A stretch of 60,811 nucleotides of DNA from Actinomycetes bacterium (GTDB lineage: Bacteria; Actinomycetota; Acidimicrobiia; Acidimicrobiales; JAKAVM01), in the NCBI GenBank assembly GCA_021817065.1, contig JAKAWH010000005.1, positions 1 through 60,811 of the forward strand. Direction: 5' to 3'. The notes below the pieces were generated by a model, which had not been told where the DNA came from, made no database searches, and saw only the letters and a program-made list of their open reading frames with translations. This document shows, in pieces, positions 1 to 8,474 of the stretch (the first letter of the stretch is position 1; every line of letters starts with the position of its first letter). A program made the position numbers and the translations under genes.

Positions 1-758
1 CCGATCTGAATCACCAGGACACAGGGTAGAAAGAACTCCCCTCCTGGGTATTCCCTCCGCCGCGAAGCCGACACTGCTACGCACCACGGTGGGATTCTTC
101 CTCGATGTATCTCGGCGCCGTTCTCGGCGTCGATCACCGGGATCGAGGGATTGAGTATGGTGCCCGCACCGACCACCGATCCGCGACCTACCCGGGCCCC
201 TTCAGTGATCATGCATCGCGACGAGATCATCACATCGTCCTCGATCACCACCGGAGCCGCCTGCGGGGGCTCCAGCACTCCCCCGATCCCCACCCCCCCG
301 GAAATGTGAACCCGTTCGCCGACTTGGGCGCATGATCCCACCGTTGCCCAGGTGTCGACCATGGTTCCCGCCCCCACCCGCGCACCGATGTTGACGTAGC
401 TAGGCATCATCACTACCCCAGGTGCCAGGTAAGAACCCCAGCGGGCCGAGGCACCCGGGACGACACGGACCCCGGCATCGGCGTAACCGTGCTTCAGGGG
501 AATCCTGTCGGCGAACTCGAAGGGTCCGAGTTCCATCGTCTCCATTGCACTCACCCGGAAGGTGAGCAGGATCGCCTGTTTGAGCCACTGGTACACCACC
601 ACCTGATCGGTGGCGGGGTCCACTTCGGCCACCCGCGCCATGCCGGAGTCCAGGAGATCGACCGCCTCGAAAACAGTCGACCGGACACTTCTGTCCCCGG
701 CGTCCAGGCTGTCGCGGTTCGCCCACAGGTCCTCGATGCGGGATTGAAGGTCTGCCAT
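1..758 (-). CDS. dapD: 2,3,4,5-tetrahydropyridine-2,6-dicarboxylate N-succinyltransferase (3' end runs off the window)
   Basis: Not in the ORF track because it is truncated at the edge. Manual translation from ATG 758: MADLQSRIEDLW...QWLKQAILL...RVVPGASARWGSYLAPGVVMMPSYVNIGARVGAGTMVDTWATVGSCAQVG, the DapD signature. Confidence 0.95.
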   Translation of the reverse strand, partial: MADLQSRIEDLWANRDSLDAGDRSVRSTVFEAVDLLDSGMARVAEVDPATDQVVVYQWLKQAILLTFRVSAMETMELGPFEFADRIPLKHGYADAGVRVVPGASARWGSYLAPGVVMMPSYVNIGARVGAGTMVDTWATVGSCAQVGERVHISGGVGIGGVLEPPQAAPVVIEDDVMISSRCMITEGARVGRGSVVGAGTILNPSIPVIDAENGAEIHRGRIPPWCVAVSASRRREYPGGEFFLPCVLVIQI

Positions 759-760
759 TC

Positions 761-770
761 GCTAAACCTT
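761..770. repeat. 10-bp direct repeat GCTAAACCTT, left copy (second copy at 2868-2877)
   Basis: Exact match read at 761-770 and 2868-2877, flanking the GH5 gene. The left copy is also part of the inverted repeat CGCTAA-ACC-TTAGCG (760-774). Confidence 0.9.
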
Positions 771-774
771 AGCG

Positions 775-2859
775 GTGCGAACTTTTCCCGCCTCACTTGC
801 AGGTGCGCTGACAATTGCCTGCTTCGCCGCCGGATGCTCGACGGCAACGTCCCCGGCTCCGGCCAACGGATCGTCCCTCCCCTTCCTCCACGTGGTCCAT
901 CCAACCATTGGCACCCCCTACCTGGCCGATCCGGAAGGCCGCCGGGTGATCCTCCGGGGGGTGGCCGCCAGCGGCTTCGAGGACCAGGACTACTCCGGGG
1001 CAGCCGGCACCACGCCGCACTACCCGATCGACCCCTCCGCCTACGCGGGTCGGTGCCCAGCCAACGACCAGCGCGCCCCTGATCCCCCTTTGTGCGAAGT
1101 GGAGGCATCCCGTCCTCCGTCCTCCCAATCGGCAGCACCCGGTTCCGAGGACGACTTCGCCCAGATACACCGGTTCGGGTTCAATCTCGTACGCCTGACT
1201 CTCAACTGGAGCGAACTCGAGCCATATCCAGGCAGTTACTCGACCATCTACTTGAACCGGATCGCCCAGGTGGTCCATTGGGCGGCCCAGCAGGGTATCT
1301 ACGTGATCCTCGACATGCACGAGGATCAGTACTCACGCTTTCTCGCCACCGCCTCAGCGTCGGCGCCCGACCCGACCGGATGCTCGCCCTCCAACGGGCA
1401 GGATGGCGCACCTCTCTGGGCGGTGGTAACCGACGGACAGCCCTCCTGCGCCCTTTTCGGCCAGAACGAGTTGAACCCGGCCATGGCAGCCGCCTTCCAG
1501 AACTTCTGGGACAATTCCACGACCGGTGCCGACGGAAAGCCGATCCCGCAGGGGGCCGCTCCCGGTCCGGGGCTGGAAGACCACTACATAGGTGCGCTGG
1601 CGCGACTGGCCCGCCGTTTCGGAAATGACCCGACGGTACTTGGATACGAAGTGATCAACGAGCCACTCCCGGGTGCTGCTCCGGGCACCCCGCTGCCGCT
1701 TTCCAATCTGTACGCCTTCTCCGACCACGACCTTTTTCCCTTCTACCGGCGGGTAGTGGAAGCGCTCACCGGGGTGCGGGACGGGATGCCAACCTGCTCG
1801 GCGAACAATCCCTCAGGCCAGGTTCCGCCAAACGCTCCGGCCGCCCCACCCACCGGGGCTGGCTCTGGAGTTCGGAGTGCCCTGTGGTTCGGCCGCTGCG
1901 CCTACCCCTCCCTTTCCCACCTCAACCGGCAGGAGATCCTGGTCGAGCCGACCGGCTATACCAACCTGGTGGACTTCGCACCCCAGGTGTCGGTTCCCTT
2001 CACCAGCTACCCCAACCTGGTGTATTCACCCCACGTGTACACCCACGTGTTCACCGTGGACAGATTCCTTGGTGGAGGGGGAGCAGTTGCCAGCTCTTAC
2101 CCGCCCTCCTACCAGTTCGGGTACGCCACCGCCATCGCCGACGCCCAGTCGATGCATGCGGCGCTCCTGGTGACCGAGTTCGGTGACTCCCCGGCTGAAG
2201 ACTCGACCATTCTCGCCGGGATGACCGCCGCCCAGGAACGGTCGAAGTCGGGCAGCGTCTTCTGGACCTGGAAGGAGAACTGCGGGAATGGGCCCCGCTC
2301 CGGTTGCGTGAACGGCTGGGGTGTTTACCAACCGCCACCGACCGGCGCGCAGAACGGGCCGCTCGCCCCCTCACGGATCGAGTATCTGCAGCGGGCCTGG
2401 CCGGTAGAGACCGCCGGTACGCTGGTCGGCTACTTGTACGACCCTGTGTCGCACTCCTTCGCAATGAAAGCGCTCGCCTCTGGAACAGTTGCTCTCGGGG
2501 ACCGTGGAGCCGAGACGGTGATTTCACTTCCACCCGCCTGCAAGGGCGCAGTGATTGTGACGGGTGCCGCAAAACTGGACCGCTTGGTAGGAGCGCCGGG
2601 CGGGGGACGCATCGCCTACGTCGCCACCACGACACACGGTGCCTACAGGGTGGAGGTGTCCGGAGAATCGGGTGGTGCCACGAGCGTTGTCTGGAATCGG
2701 GAAGCTGGTAGGTTCCTCTCGGAACCTCCCCTCCAACCGATTGGAGAGGTGCAGGCACGAAGCGCTTTTGAGGCTTGGGCGGAGGACGCCGGATCACCGA
2801 TCGTCTCGTTGGTTAAATCGCTCATCCTGGGACCTCCCGGTCAGGACCCCAACCGGTGA
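775..2859 (+). CDS. GH5 glycoside hydrolase, endoglycoceramidase-like, predicted lipoprotein
   Basis: Lipobox FAAG-C, GRRVILRGV, GFNLVRLTLNWSELEP, ILDMHED, DGAPLWA, acid/base motif INEP, nucleophile region VTEFG, and a C-terminal beta-domain starting RAWPVETAG. Confidence 0.88.
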   Translation: MRTFPASLAGALTIACFAAGCSTATSPAPANGSSLPFLHVVHPTIGTPYLADPEGRRVILRGVAASGFEDQDYSGAAGTTPHYPIDPSAYAGRCPANDQRAPDPPLCEVEASRPPSSQSAAPGSEDDFAQIHRFGFNLVRLTLNWSELEPYPGSYSTIYLNRIAQVVHWAAQQGIYVILDMHEDQYSRFLATASASAPDPTGCSPSNGQDGAPLWAVVTDGQPSCALFGQNELNPAMAAAFQNFWDNSTTGADGKPIPQGAAPGPGLEDHYIGALARLARRFGNDPTVLGYEVINEPLPGAAPGTPLPLSNLYAFSDHDLFPFYRRVVEALTGVRDGMPTCSANNPSGQVPPNAPAAPPTGAGSGVRSALWFGRCAYPSLSHLNRQEILVEPTGYTNLVDFAPQVSVPFTSYPNLVYSPHVYTHVFTVDRFLGGGGAVASSYPPSYQFGYATAIADAQSMHAALLVTEFGDSPAEDSTILAGMTAAQERSKSGSVFWTWKENCGNGPRSGCVNGWGVYQPPPTGAQNGPLAPSRIEYLQRAWPVETAGTLVGYLYDPVSHSFAMKALASGTVALGDRGAETVISLPPACKGAVIVTGAAKLDRLVGAPGGGRIAYVATTTHGAYRVEVSGESGGATSVVWNREAGRFLSEPPLQPIGEVQARSAFEAWAEDAGSPIVSLVKSLILGPPGQDPNR

Positions 2860-2867
2860 ACGCGCCG

Positions 2868-2877
2868 GCTAAACCTT
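2868..2877. repeat. 10-bp direct repeat GCTAAACCTT, right copy (contains the dapC stop codon)
   Basis: On the minus strand it reads AAG GTT TAG C, the last codons and stop of dapC. Confidence 0.9.
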
Positions 2878-3993
2878 CAGACGCTCGGCCACCATCTCCA
2901 ACCGTTCGTCGGGCTGTACCGCCGCCACTCGGACGAAACCCTTCCCTGCCGGACCGTACAGGTCCCCCGGGCTCACCAGTACGCCGCCCCGTCGGGCCAG
3001 GAACCGGGCGAACTCCCAGGCGTCCTTCTTGCCGGTCGGGCACCGGGCCCAGATATAGATGCCGCCCTCCGGCATCGACGCCTCGGCACCGGCCCCAGTA
3101 AGAATCTCCACCAAACGGGCTAGGCGCCGACGGTAGGTCTCTCGCTGTGAGGACAGATGCTCGACATCGCTCCACGCCCGCGCCGCCGCAGCCTGTACCG
3201 GACCCGGGACCATCATCCCGGCGTGCATCCGAGCCAGCGACAGGTACCCCACCAGGCCCGGGTCGCCAGCGTAGAAACCCGCACGCAGCCCTGCCAGATT
3301 AGATCGCTTAGAGATGGAATGGATCGCGAGGAGACCCGCGGTCCCGCTCTCGAGAATCGACCGGGGCCCTCCCTGCCAAGTGAAATCGGCATAGCACTCG
3401 TCGCTGGCGATCAGGACCCCTCGCTCCGCCCCCCACCCGGCCACCGCCGAGAGGTCGTCGAGCTGGCCAGCGGGATTACCAGGACTGTTTACCCACAGGA
3501 GGAGGGCCCGCTCGACATCGCCATCCCCGATCGAACTGAGGTCCAGGCGCCACCGGCTGTCCACCGGGACCGGCACCGCCCGGCACCCGGCCAGAAGGGC
3601 CCCCATCTCGTAGGTTGGATAGGAGATCTCGGGATAGAGCACGGTATCGCGATCCGGCCGGCGAAGCCGCAGGTAGTGGGGCAGGGAGGCCACCAGCTCT
3701 TTGGTGCCGATACAGGCGGCCAGGGAGTCGGGATCCAGTTCCACCCCGAAGGATCCCGACAGGAATCCGGCGCATGCAGCCCGGTAGGCGTCGGTTCCCC
3801 GCGACGCCGGATAGCCCCTGAGGGCAGGGGCGGCGGCCAGCTCCTCGGCGACCGATGGGGGGGGTGGGTCGCAGGGAGCGCCGATCGACAAGTCCACCAA
3901 GCCTCCAGGAAAGGCGGCCGATTCCGCCTCGGATGCCAGATACCGGAGCCTCTCATAGGGATAGTCGGGCGGGGAGAAGCCCCCGTTCATCAT
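2869..3993 (-). CDS. dapC: succinyldiaminopimelate aminotransferase (class I/II PLP enzyme)
   Basis: PDYPY start, VDLSIGAPCD, NSPGNP, SDECY, PLP-lysine motif HSISKRSNLAGLRAG; dap context; start ATG 3993/3990 overlaps the hflX stop. Confidence 0.88.
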   Translation of the reverse strand: MMNGGFSPPDYPYERLRYLASEAESAAFPGGLVDLSIGAPCDPPPPSVAEELAAAPALRGYPASRGTDAYRAACAGFLSGSFGVELDPDSLAACIGTKELVASLPHYLRLRRPDRDTVLYPEISYPTYEMGALLAGCRAVPVPVDSRWRLDLSSIGDGDVERALLLWVNSPGNPAGQLDDLSAVAGWGAERGVLIASDECYADFTWQGGPRSILESGTAGLLAIHSISKRSNLAGLRAGFYAGDPGLVGYLSLARMHAGMMVPGPVQAAAARAWSDVEHLSSQRETYRRRLARLVEILTGAGAEASMPEGGIYIWARCPTGKKDAWEFARFLARRGGVLVSPGDLYGPAGKGFVRVAAVQPDERLEMVAERLKV

Positions 3994-5177
3994 GCCTCCT
4001 CCATCTGCCCGAAGCGCTCCTGCTGGGCCATGCCACGGTGGGCGTGGTCGATGGCGCCCTCCTGACCGGTGGGATGCATAGCGCCCTCCCGCCACTCGAT
4101 CCGCCGAAGCAACTCCTCGATGCCGAGCCCGTCGCGCGCGCTCACCCCGACGCTTCCGGGATGCCGGCATTCGAAGCGGGAGAGCGACTCGGGATCGAGC
4201 CGGTCGATCTTGTTCACCACCAGCATCTCAGGCACGTCAGCCGCCCCGATCTCTCCCAGCACTTTCCGCACCGCGGCGATCTGGCCTTCCGGGTCGGGGG
4301 CCGAGCCGTCCACCAGGTGGATCAGAAGGTCGGACTCGCAGATCACTTCAAGGGTGGAATGAAAAGCCTGCACCAGCTGGTGGGGCAGCTTGGCGACGAA
4401 CCCCACCGTGTCCGAGCAGAGCACGGTCCTCCCGCCGGGAAGCCGCATCCTGCGGACCCGGGGGTCCAGCGTGGCGAAAAGCCGGTCCTCCACCAGCACC
4501 CCCGCGTCAGTCAAGCGGTTGAGAAGCGTGGACTTGCCGGCGTTGGTATAGCCCACGATCGAGACAGAGAAGAGCTCCGAGCGCCTCCGGGCTCGCCTCT
4601 GGGTGTGCCGGGTGGATGCGAGCTGTTCCAGTTCCCGCTCCAGCTTGGTCATCCGCTGCAGGAGGCGCCGGCGATCCGTCTCCAGCTTGGTCTCGCCTGG
4701 TCCGCGGGTGCCGATGCCGCCTGCCTGCTGGCTGAGACTCGCACCCTTCCCCCGCAGGTGGGGAAGGCGGTAGGCGAGCAAGGCCAATTCGACCTGGGCG
4801 CGCCCTTCGGGCGTCGAGGCATTCTGGGCGAAGATGTCCAAGATGACCGCAGTACGGTCGATGGCGGTTCGCCCCAACATGGCGGTGAGGTTTCGTTGCT
4901 GGGCGGGGGTCAGCTCGTCGTCGAAGACCACGGTATCGGCGTCGGTCGCCCGGGATACCTCGACTAGCTCGGTCAACTTGCCCTTGCCTATGTAGTAGGC
5001 GGGGTCGGGGCGGTCCCGGCGCTGGATGATCCGTGCCGCTTCATCGGCCCCGGCAGTGTCCACCAGGAGGGACAGTTCGTCCAAGCTGGCCTCCGCCTGG
5101 CCCACCGTGCAGCTTCCGGTGGCCACCCCCACCAGCACGATCCGTTCCCGGAAGCTCCTCTCGATGAGGACGGTCAC
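3990..5177 (-). CDS. hflX: GTPase HflX
   Basis: LTPAQQRNL, IDRTAVILDIFA, RGPGETKLETDRR, GYTNAGKS, LFATLD, DTVGF, NKID; GTG 5177 overlaps the dapF stop (GTGA). Confidence 0.96.
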   Translation of the reverse strand: MTVLIERSFRERIVLVGVATGSCTVGQAEASLDELSLLVDTAGADEAARIIQRRDRPDPAYYIGKGKLTELVEVSRATDADTVVFDDELTPAQQRNLTAMLGRTAIDRTAVILDIFAQNASTPEGRAQVELALLAYRLPHLRGKGASLSQQAGGIGTRGPGETKLETDRRRLLQRMTKLERELEQLASTRHTQRRARRRSELFSVSIVGYTNAGKSTLLNRLTDAGVLVEDRLFATLDPRVRRMRLPGGRTVLCSDTVGFVAKLPHQLVQAFHSTLEVICESDLLIHLVDGSAPDPEGQIAAVRKVLGEIGAADVPEMLVVNKIDRLDPESLSRFECRHPGSVGVSARDGLGIEELLRRIEWREGAMHPTGQEGAIDHAHRGMAQQERFGQMEEA

Positions 5178-6058
5178 GGGGCGAAGAGCTCGCCGTCCAC
5201 GGTCACCTCGGCGATCCGCACTACCGGGCCGCCCAGGATCGCCTCTTCCCCCTCCCACCGCACCCACAGATCTCCACCCGGATTGGCCACCGTCACCGCG
5301 CCGCCGTCGGTCCCGGCCAGGCCCCAGGCCCTCGCCACCGCTGCCACTGCGCAACTCCCGGTGCCGCACGCGAGAGTGCGCCCCACGCCCCTCTCGAAGA
5401 CCGCAATGTCGAGACGGCCGGATGCACCATCGCTCTGCACCACCTCGACATTGATACCTCTGGGAAAAGCTCGCTGTGCTGCCACCCCTATCCCGTCCAG
5501 GTCGACCGCGTCGAGACGGCCCACCTGGAGCACCAGGTGGGGATTGCCCGCATCGGCGGTCCGGGCGCGCGCCACTGCCTCCCTGCTGGCTCCGTCCATC
5601 CATTCCAGAGACACAACATCATCTCCTACCACGATGGTTCCCATCGTAACGGACACCGATGCGATCCCGCCGCCACCCATCTCGCCGAGGAGAAGCTTGC
5701 GCATGCCGGCGTCGGTCCTGACCAGCACCTCGTCGCCATGGGCCCATCCCGAATCCCACAGGGCCTGACCCAGGCACCGGACGCCGTTGCCGCTCATCTC
5801 GGCCCGCGACCCGTCGGCGTTGAAAAGCTCCATCACCGCAGCTACCTCGTAGGGACGCGAGAAATCCGCCTCTTCGTCGGGAACCGCCCTGATGAAGCCG
5901 TCGGCCCCCACTCCCCGCCTCCGGTCGCACAGGGTCACCACCACACCGGGCGTTATCGACAGGCGATCCTCCCGGTCGAGAAGAACCAGGAAGTCGTTGC
6001 CCTGGCCGTGATGCTTGGTGAGGCGGACCGGTTCGCACCGTCCATCGGAGACGATCAC
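5174..6058 (-). CDS. dapF: diaminopimelate epimerase
   Basis: KHHGQGNDF, DRRRGVGADG, NADGSRAEMSGNGVRC, GNPH, ERGVGRTLACGTG; GTGA overlap with miaA. Confidence 0.95.
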   Translation of the reverse strand: MIVSDGRCEPVRLTKHHGQGNDFLVLLDREDRLSITPGVVVTLCDRRRGVGADGFIRAVPDEEADFSRPYEVAAVMELFNADGSRAEMSGNGVRCLGQALWDSGWAHGDEVLVRTDAGMRKLLLGEMGGGGIASVSVTMGTIVVGDDVVSLEWMDGASREAVARARTADAGNPHLVLQVGRLDAVDLDGIGVAAQRAFPRGINVEVVQSDGASGRLDIAVFERGVGRTLACGTGSCAVAAVARAWGLAGTDGGAVTVANPGGDLWVRWEGEEAILGGPVVRIAEVTVDGELFAP

Positions 6059-7032
6059 TTGACCAGTATCCCAGCCAGCGTGGCCACCTCTCGACCCGGT
6101 TGCCCCTCGGCGTCGACCCACCTGATCCGGGGATCCCGCCGGAACCACCGGCGCTGCCGTCGGGCGAAACGGCGTGTGCGCTGCACGATCGCATCGACTG
6201 CCTCCGGAAGGCTGGTTTCCCCGTCGAGATGCTCGATCAGCTCCCGGTATCCGAGGGCCTGGGCAGCGGTCTTCGACCAGTCCCTGCCCGAAGCCGCAAG
6301 CGAACACCGCAAGCCGGCGACCTCGCCGAGAAAGCCCTCGTCCATCTGCGCTCCCACCCGTGAAGCGATCCTGTCGTCGAGGCGCGAGCTGTCCACGCCC
6401 ACCAACACGAATGGACACTCGGGATAGGTGGTGAGACCCGGTCCGAATGACGAAAAGGGGCGGCCGCTTCCCACTGTCACCTCCAGGGCACGCAGGATAC
6501 GGCGCGCGTTTGTCGGCTCCATGCGGGATGCTCCCACAGGGTCGAGCCGGGCGAGCCGGCTGTGGAGAAACTCTGGACCCTGGCGCTCGCATTCCGCTTC
6601 GAGCTGGCTCGCAATCTCTGGCCAGCGGCCAGGCGGGGTCAATCCGTCCACCACTGCCCGCAGGTAAAGCCCGGTGCCCCCGACCAGGAGGGCTCTTCCC
6701 CCCCGGGACTCGATGCCCGCGATGCAAGATGCCACGTCTGACTGGAACAGGCTGAGCGAATACTCCTCCCAGGGTTCGACCAAGTCGATCATGTGATGGG
6801 GAACCAGCCGCCGGTCTGCGATGCTCGGCTTGGCGGTGCCGATGTCCATCCCCCGGTAGACAACCATCGAGTCCACCGAGACGATCTCGAAGGGCCCCCA
6901 CTTTCTCGGCACGCCCCGGCTTGCGTGCGCAACCTCCAGAGCCACATCCGACTTGCCGGCCGCGGTGGGGCCTACCAGGCAGAGATGCCGACCGGTCACC
7001 GCTGGTTCAGGATGCCCACCGCCTTCGCTCAC
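6055..7032 (-). CDS. miaA: tRNA dimethylallyltransferase
   Basis: GPTAAGKS, DSMVVYRGMDIGTAKP, VGGTGLY, RRILRALEV, ARRQRRWF; GTG 7032 overlaps the miaB stop. Confidence 0.96.
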   Translation of the reverse strand: MSEGGGHPEPAVTGRHLCLVGPTAAGKSDVALEVAHASRGVPRKWGPFEIVSVDSMVVYRGMDIGTAKPSIADRRLVPHHMIDLVEPWEEYSLSLFQSDVASCIAGIESRGGRALLVGGTGLYLRAVVDGLTPPGRWPEIASQLEAECERQGPEFLHSRLARLDPVGASRMEPTNARRILRALEVTVGSGRPFSSFGPGLTTYPECPFVLVGVDSSRLDDRIASRVGAQMDEGFLGEVAGLRCSLAASGRDWSKTAAQALGYRELIEHLDGETSLPEAVDAIVQRTRRFARRQRRWFRRDPRIRWVDAEGQPGREVATLAGILVK

Positions 7033-8429
7033 CCGGCCAGCACGGCGAGCCGGGTTCGCCGCCGGGGACGGCTGGTCGGACTCACCCACTCTCCCCTCAG
7101 AAAATGAGGGGACGCCCTGTCCACCCGCACTTCGCCATAGTTCCCCGGCTGCACCTCTCCCCCCGCCGGCATTGGACAGTGCACCAGCTTGTTCTGTCGG
7201 GTACGGCCGGTCAGCATCGCCGGGTCCCGCTTGCTCGGGCCCTCCACCAAGATCTCCTCGATCCTACCCACCCGAGCCTCGTGCCGAAGCAGGGCCGAGC
7301 GCTCCACCACTACCTTCAACCGGTCGAACCGTTCGGCCACCACTTCATCAGGCACGAATCGATCAGACATGGACGCCGCCTCGGTTCCCGCCCGCGGGGA
7401 GAATACGAAGGTGTATGCACTGTCGTAGGCGGCTTCGGCAACCACCTCGAGGGTTCGCTCGAAATCCTCGTCGGTCTCGCCGGGAAAGCCGACGATTATA
7501 TCGGTGGTCACCGCCAGATCGTCCACCGCCGCCCGAGCCGCCGCCAGCCTCTCCATATAACGTTGAGCAGTGTAACCACGGTGCATGACGGCCAGCACTC
7601 GGTCGCTTCCCGACTGGAGCGGCAGGTGGAGATGCTCGCACACCTGGGGGACGGTCGCCATCGCCTCGATCACCTCCGGGCGGAGGTCTTTGGGATGGGG
7701 GCTGGTGAAACGCACCCGCCTAATACCGGGCACCGCCCCCACCCGCGCAAGCAGATCTGCGAAAAGGGGGCGGCGGCGGGTGATGTCACGCCCGTAGGAG
7801 TTCACGTTTTGCCCCAACAAGGTCACCTCGGTGACTCCCTGGGCAACCAGGGTGCTCACCTCGCCCACCACCTCGTCCACCGGGCGGGATACCTCCTTGC
7901 CCCGGACCGACGGAACGATGCAGAAAGCACACGAGTTGTCGCACCCGACCTGGATGGTCACCCAGGAGGAATGGGCGTTCTCCCGGATGGCGGGGAGTGC
8001 ATGGGCGAAGCCGGCGGAACCGTCCTCCCCTGGATCTGCACTATCCAGGACCTCCACCACGTTGCCTCCGCCGGACATGGCCATGTCCAGAAGGTCGGCC
8101 ACCCGCCCGACGTTGTGGGTGCCGAACACCACGTCGACGTGCGGCGCTCTGGTCACGATCAGCTCGCGATCCTTCTGAGCCAGGCAACCCCCCACCGCTA
8201 TCTGTAAGCCTGGCCGAGATTGCTTGAGGGATTTCAGGACACCCAGGTTCCCGTAGAGCTTGTTGTCGGCATTCTCCCGTATGCAGCACGTGTTGAACAC
8301 CACCACATCTGCGCTCTCCAGATCGCCTGTCTGCTCCATCCCGCGTGAACTCAAGACCCCGGCGATGCGCTCGGAGTCGTGCTCGTTCATCTGGCACCCG
8401 AAAGTGCGGAGCAGGAACTTGGTGGCCAT
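7029..8429 (-). CDS. miaB: tRNA methylthiotransferase MiaB
   Basis: TFGCQMNEHDSE, NTCCIRENA, radical-SAM motif CDNSCAFC, TDIIVGFPGET, C-terminal TRAM domain; alternative start at 8444. Confidence 0.97.
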   Translation of the reverse strand: MATKFLLRTFGCQMNEHDSERIAGVLSSRGMEQTGDLESADVVVFNTCCIRENADNKLYGNLGVLKSLKQSRPGLQIAVGGCLAQKDRELIVTRAPHVDVVFGTHNVGRVADLLDMAMSGGGNVVEVLDSADPGEDGSAGFAHALPAIRENAHSSWVTIQVGCDNSCAFCIVPSVRGKEVSRPVDEVVGEVSTLVAQGVTEVTLLGQNVNSYGRDITRRRPLFADLLARVGAVPGIRRVRFTSPHPKDLRPEVIEAMATVPQVCEHLHLPLQSGSDRVLAVMHRGYTAQRYMERLAAARAAVDDLAVTTDIIVGFPGETDEDFERTLEVVAEAAYDSAYTFVFSPRAGTEAASMSDRFVPDEVVAERFDRLKVVVERSALLRHEARVGRIEEILVEGPSKRDPAMLTGRTRQNKLVHCPMPAGGEVQPGNYGEVRVDRASPHFLRGEWVSPTSRPRRRTRLAVLAG

Positions 8430-8452
8430 CTCTGCACCCGCCATGGTACGCC

Positions 8453-8466
8453 GCTATCCTGTCCGA
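8453..8466. repeat. 14-bp inverted repeat arm GCTATCCTGTCCGA (partner at 13117-13130)
   Basis: 13/14 match to the reverse complement of TCGGACAAGATAGC at 13117-13130. Contains a TATCCT -10-like hexamer upstream of the S53 gene. Confidence 0.6.
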
Positions 8467-8474
8467 CTAATCCC

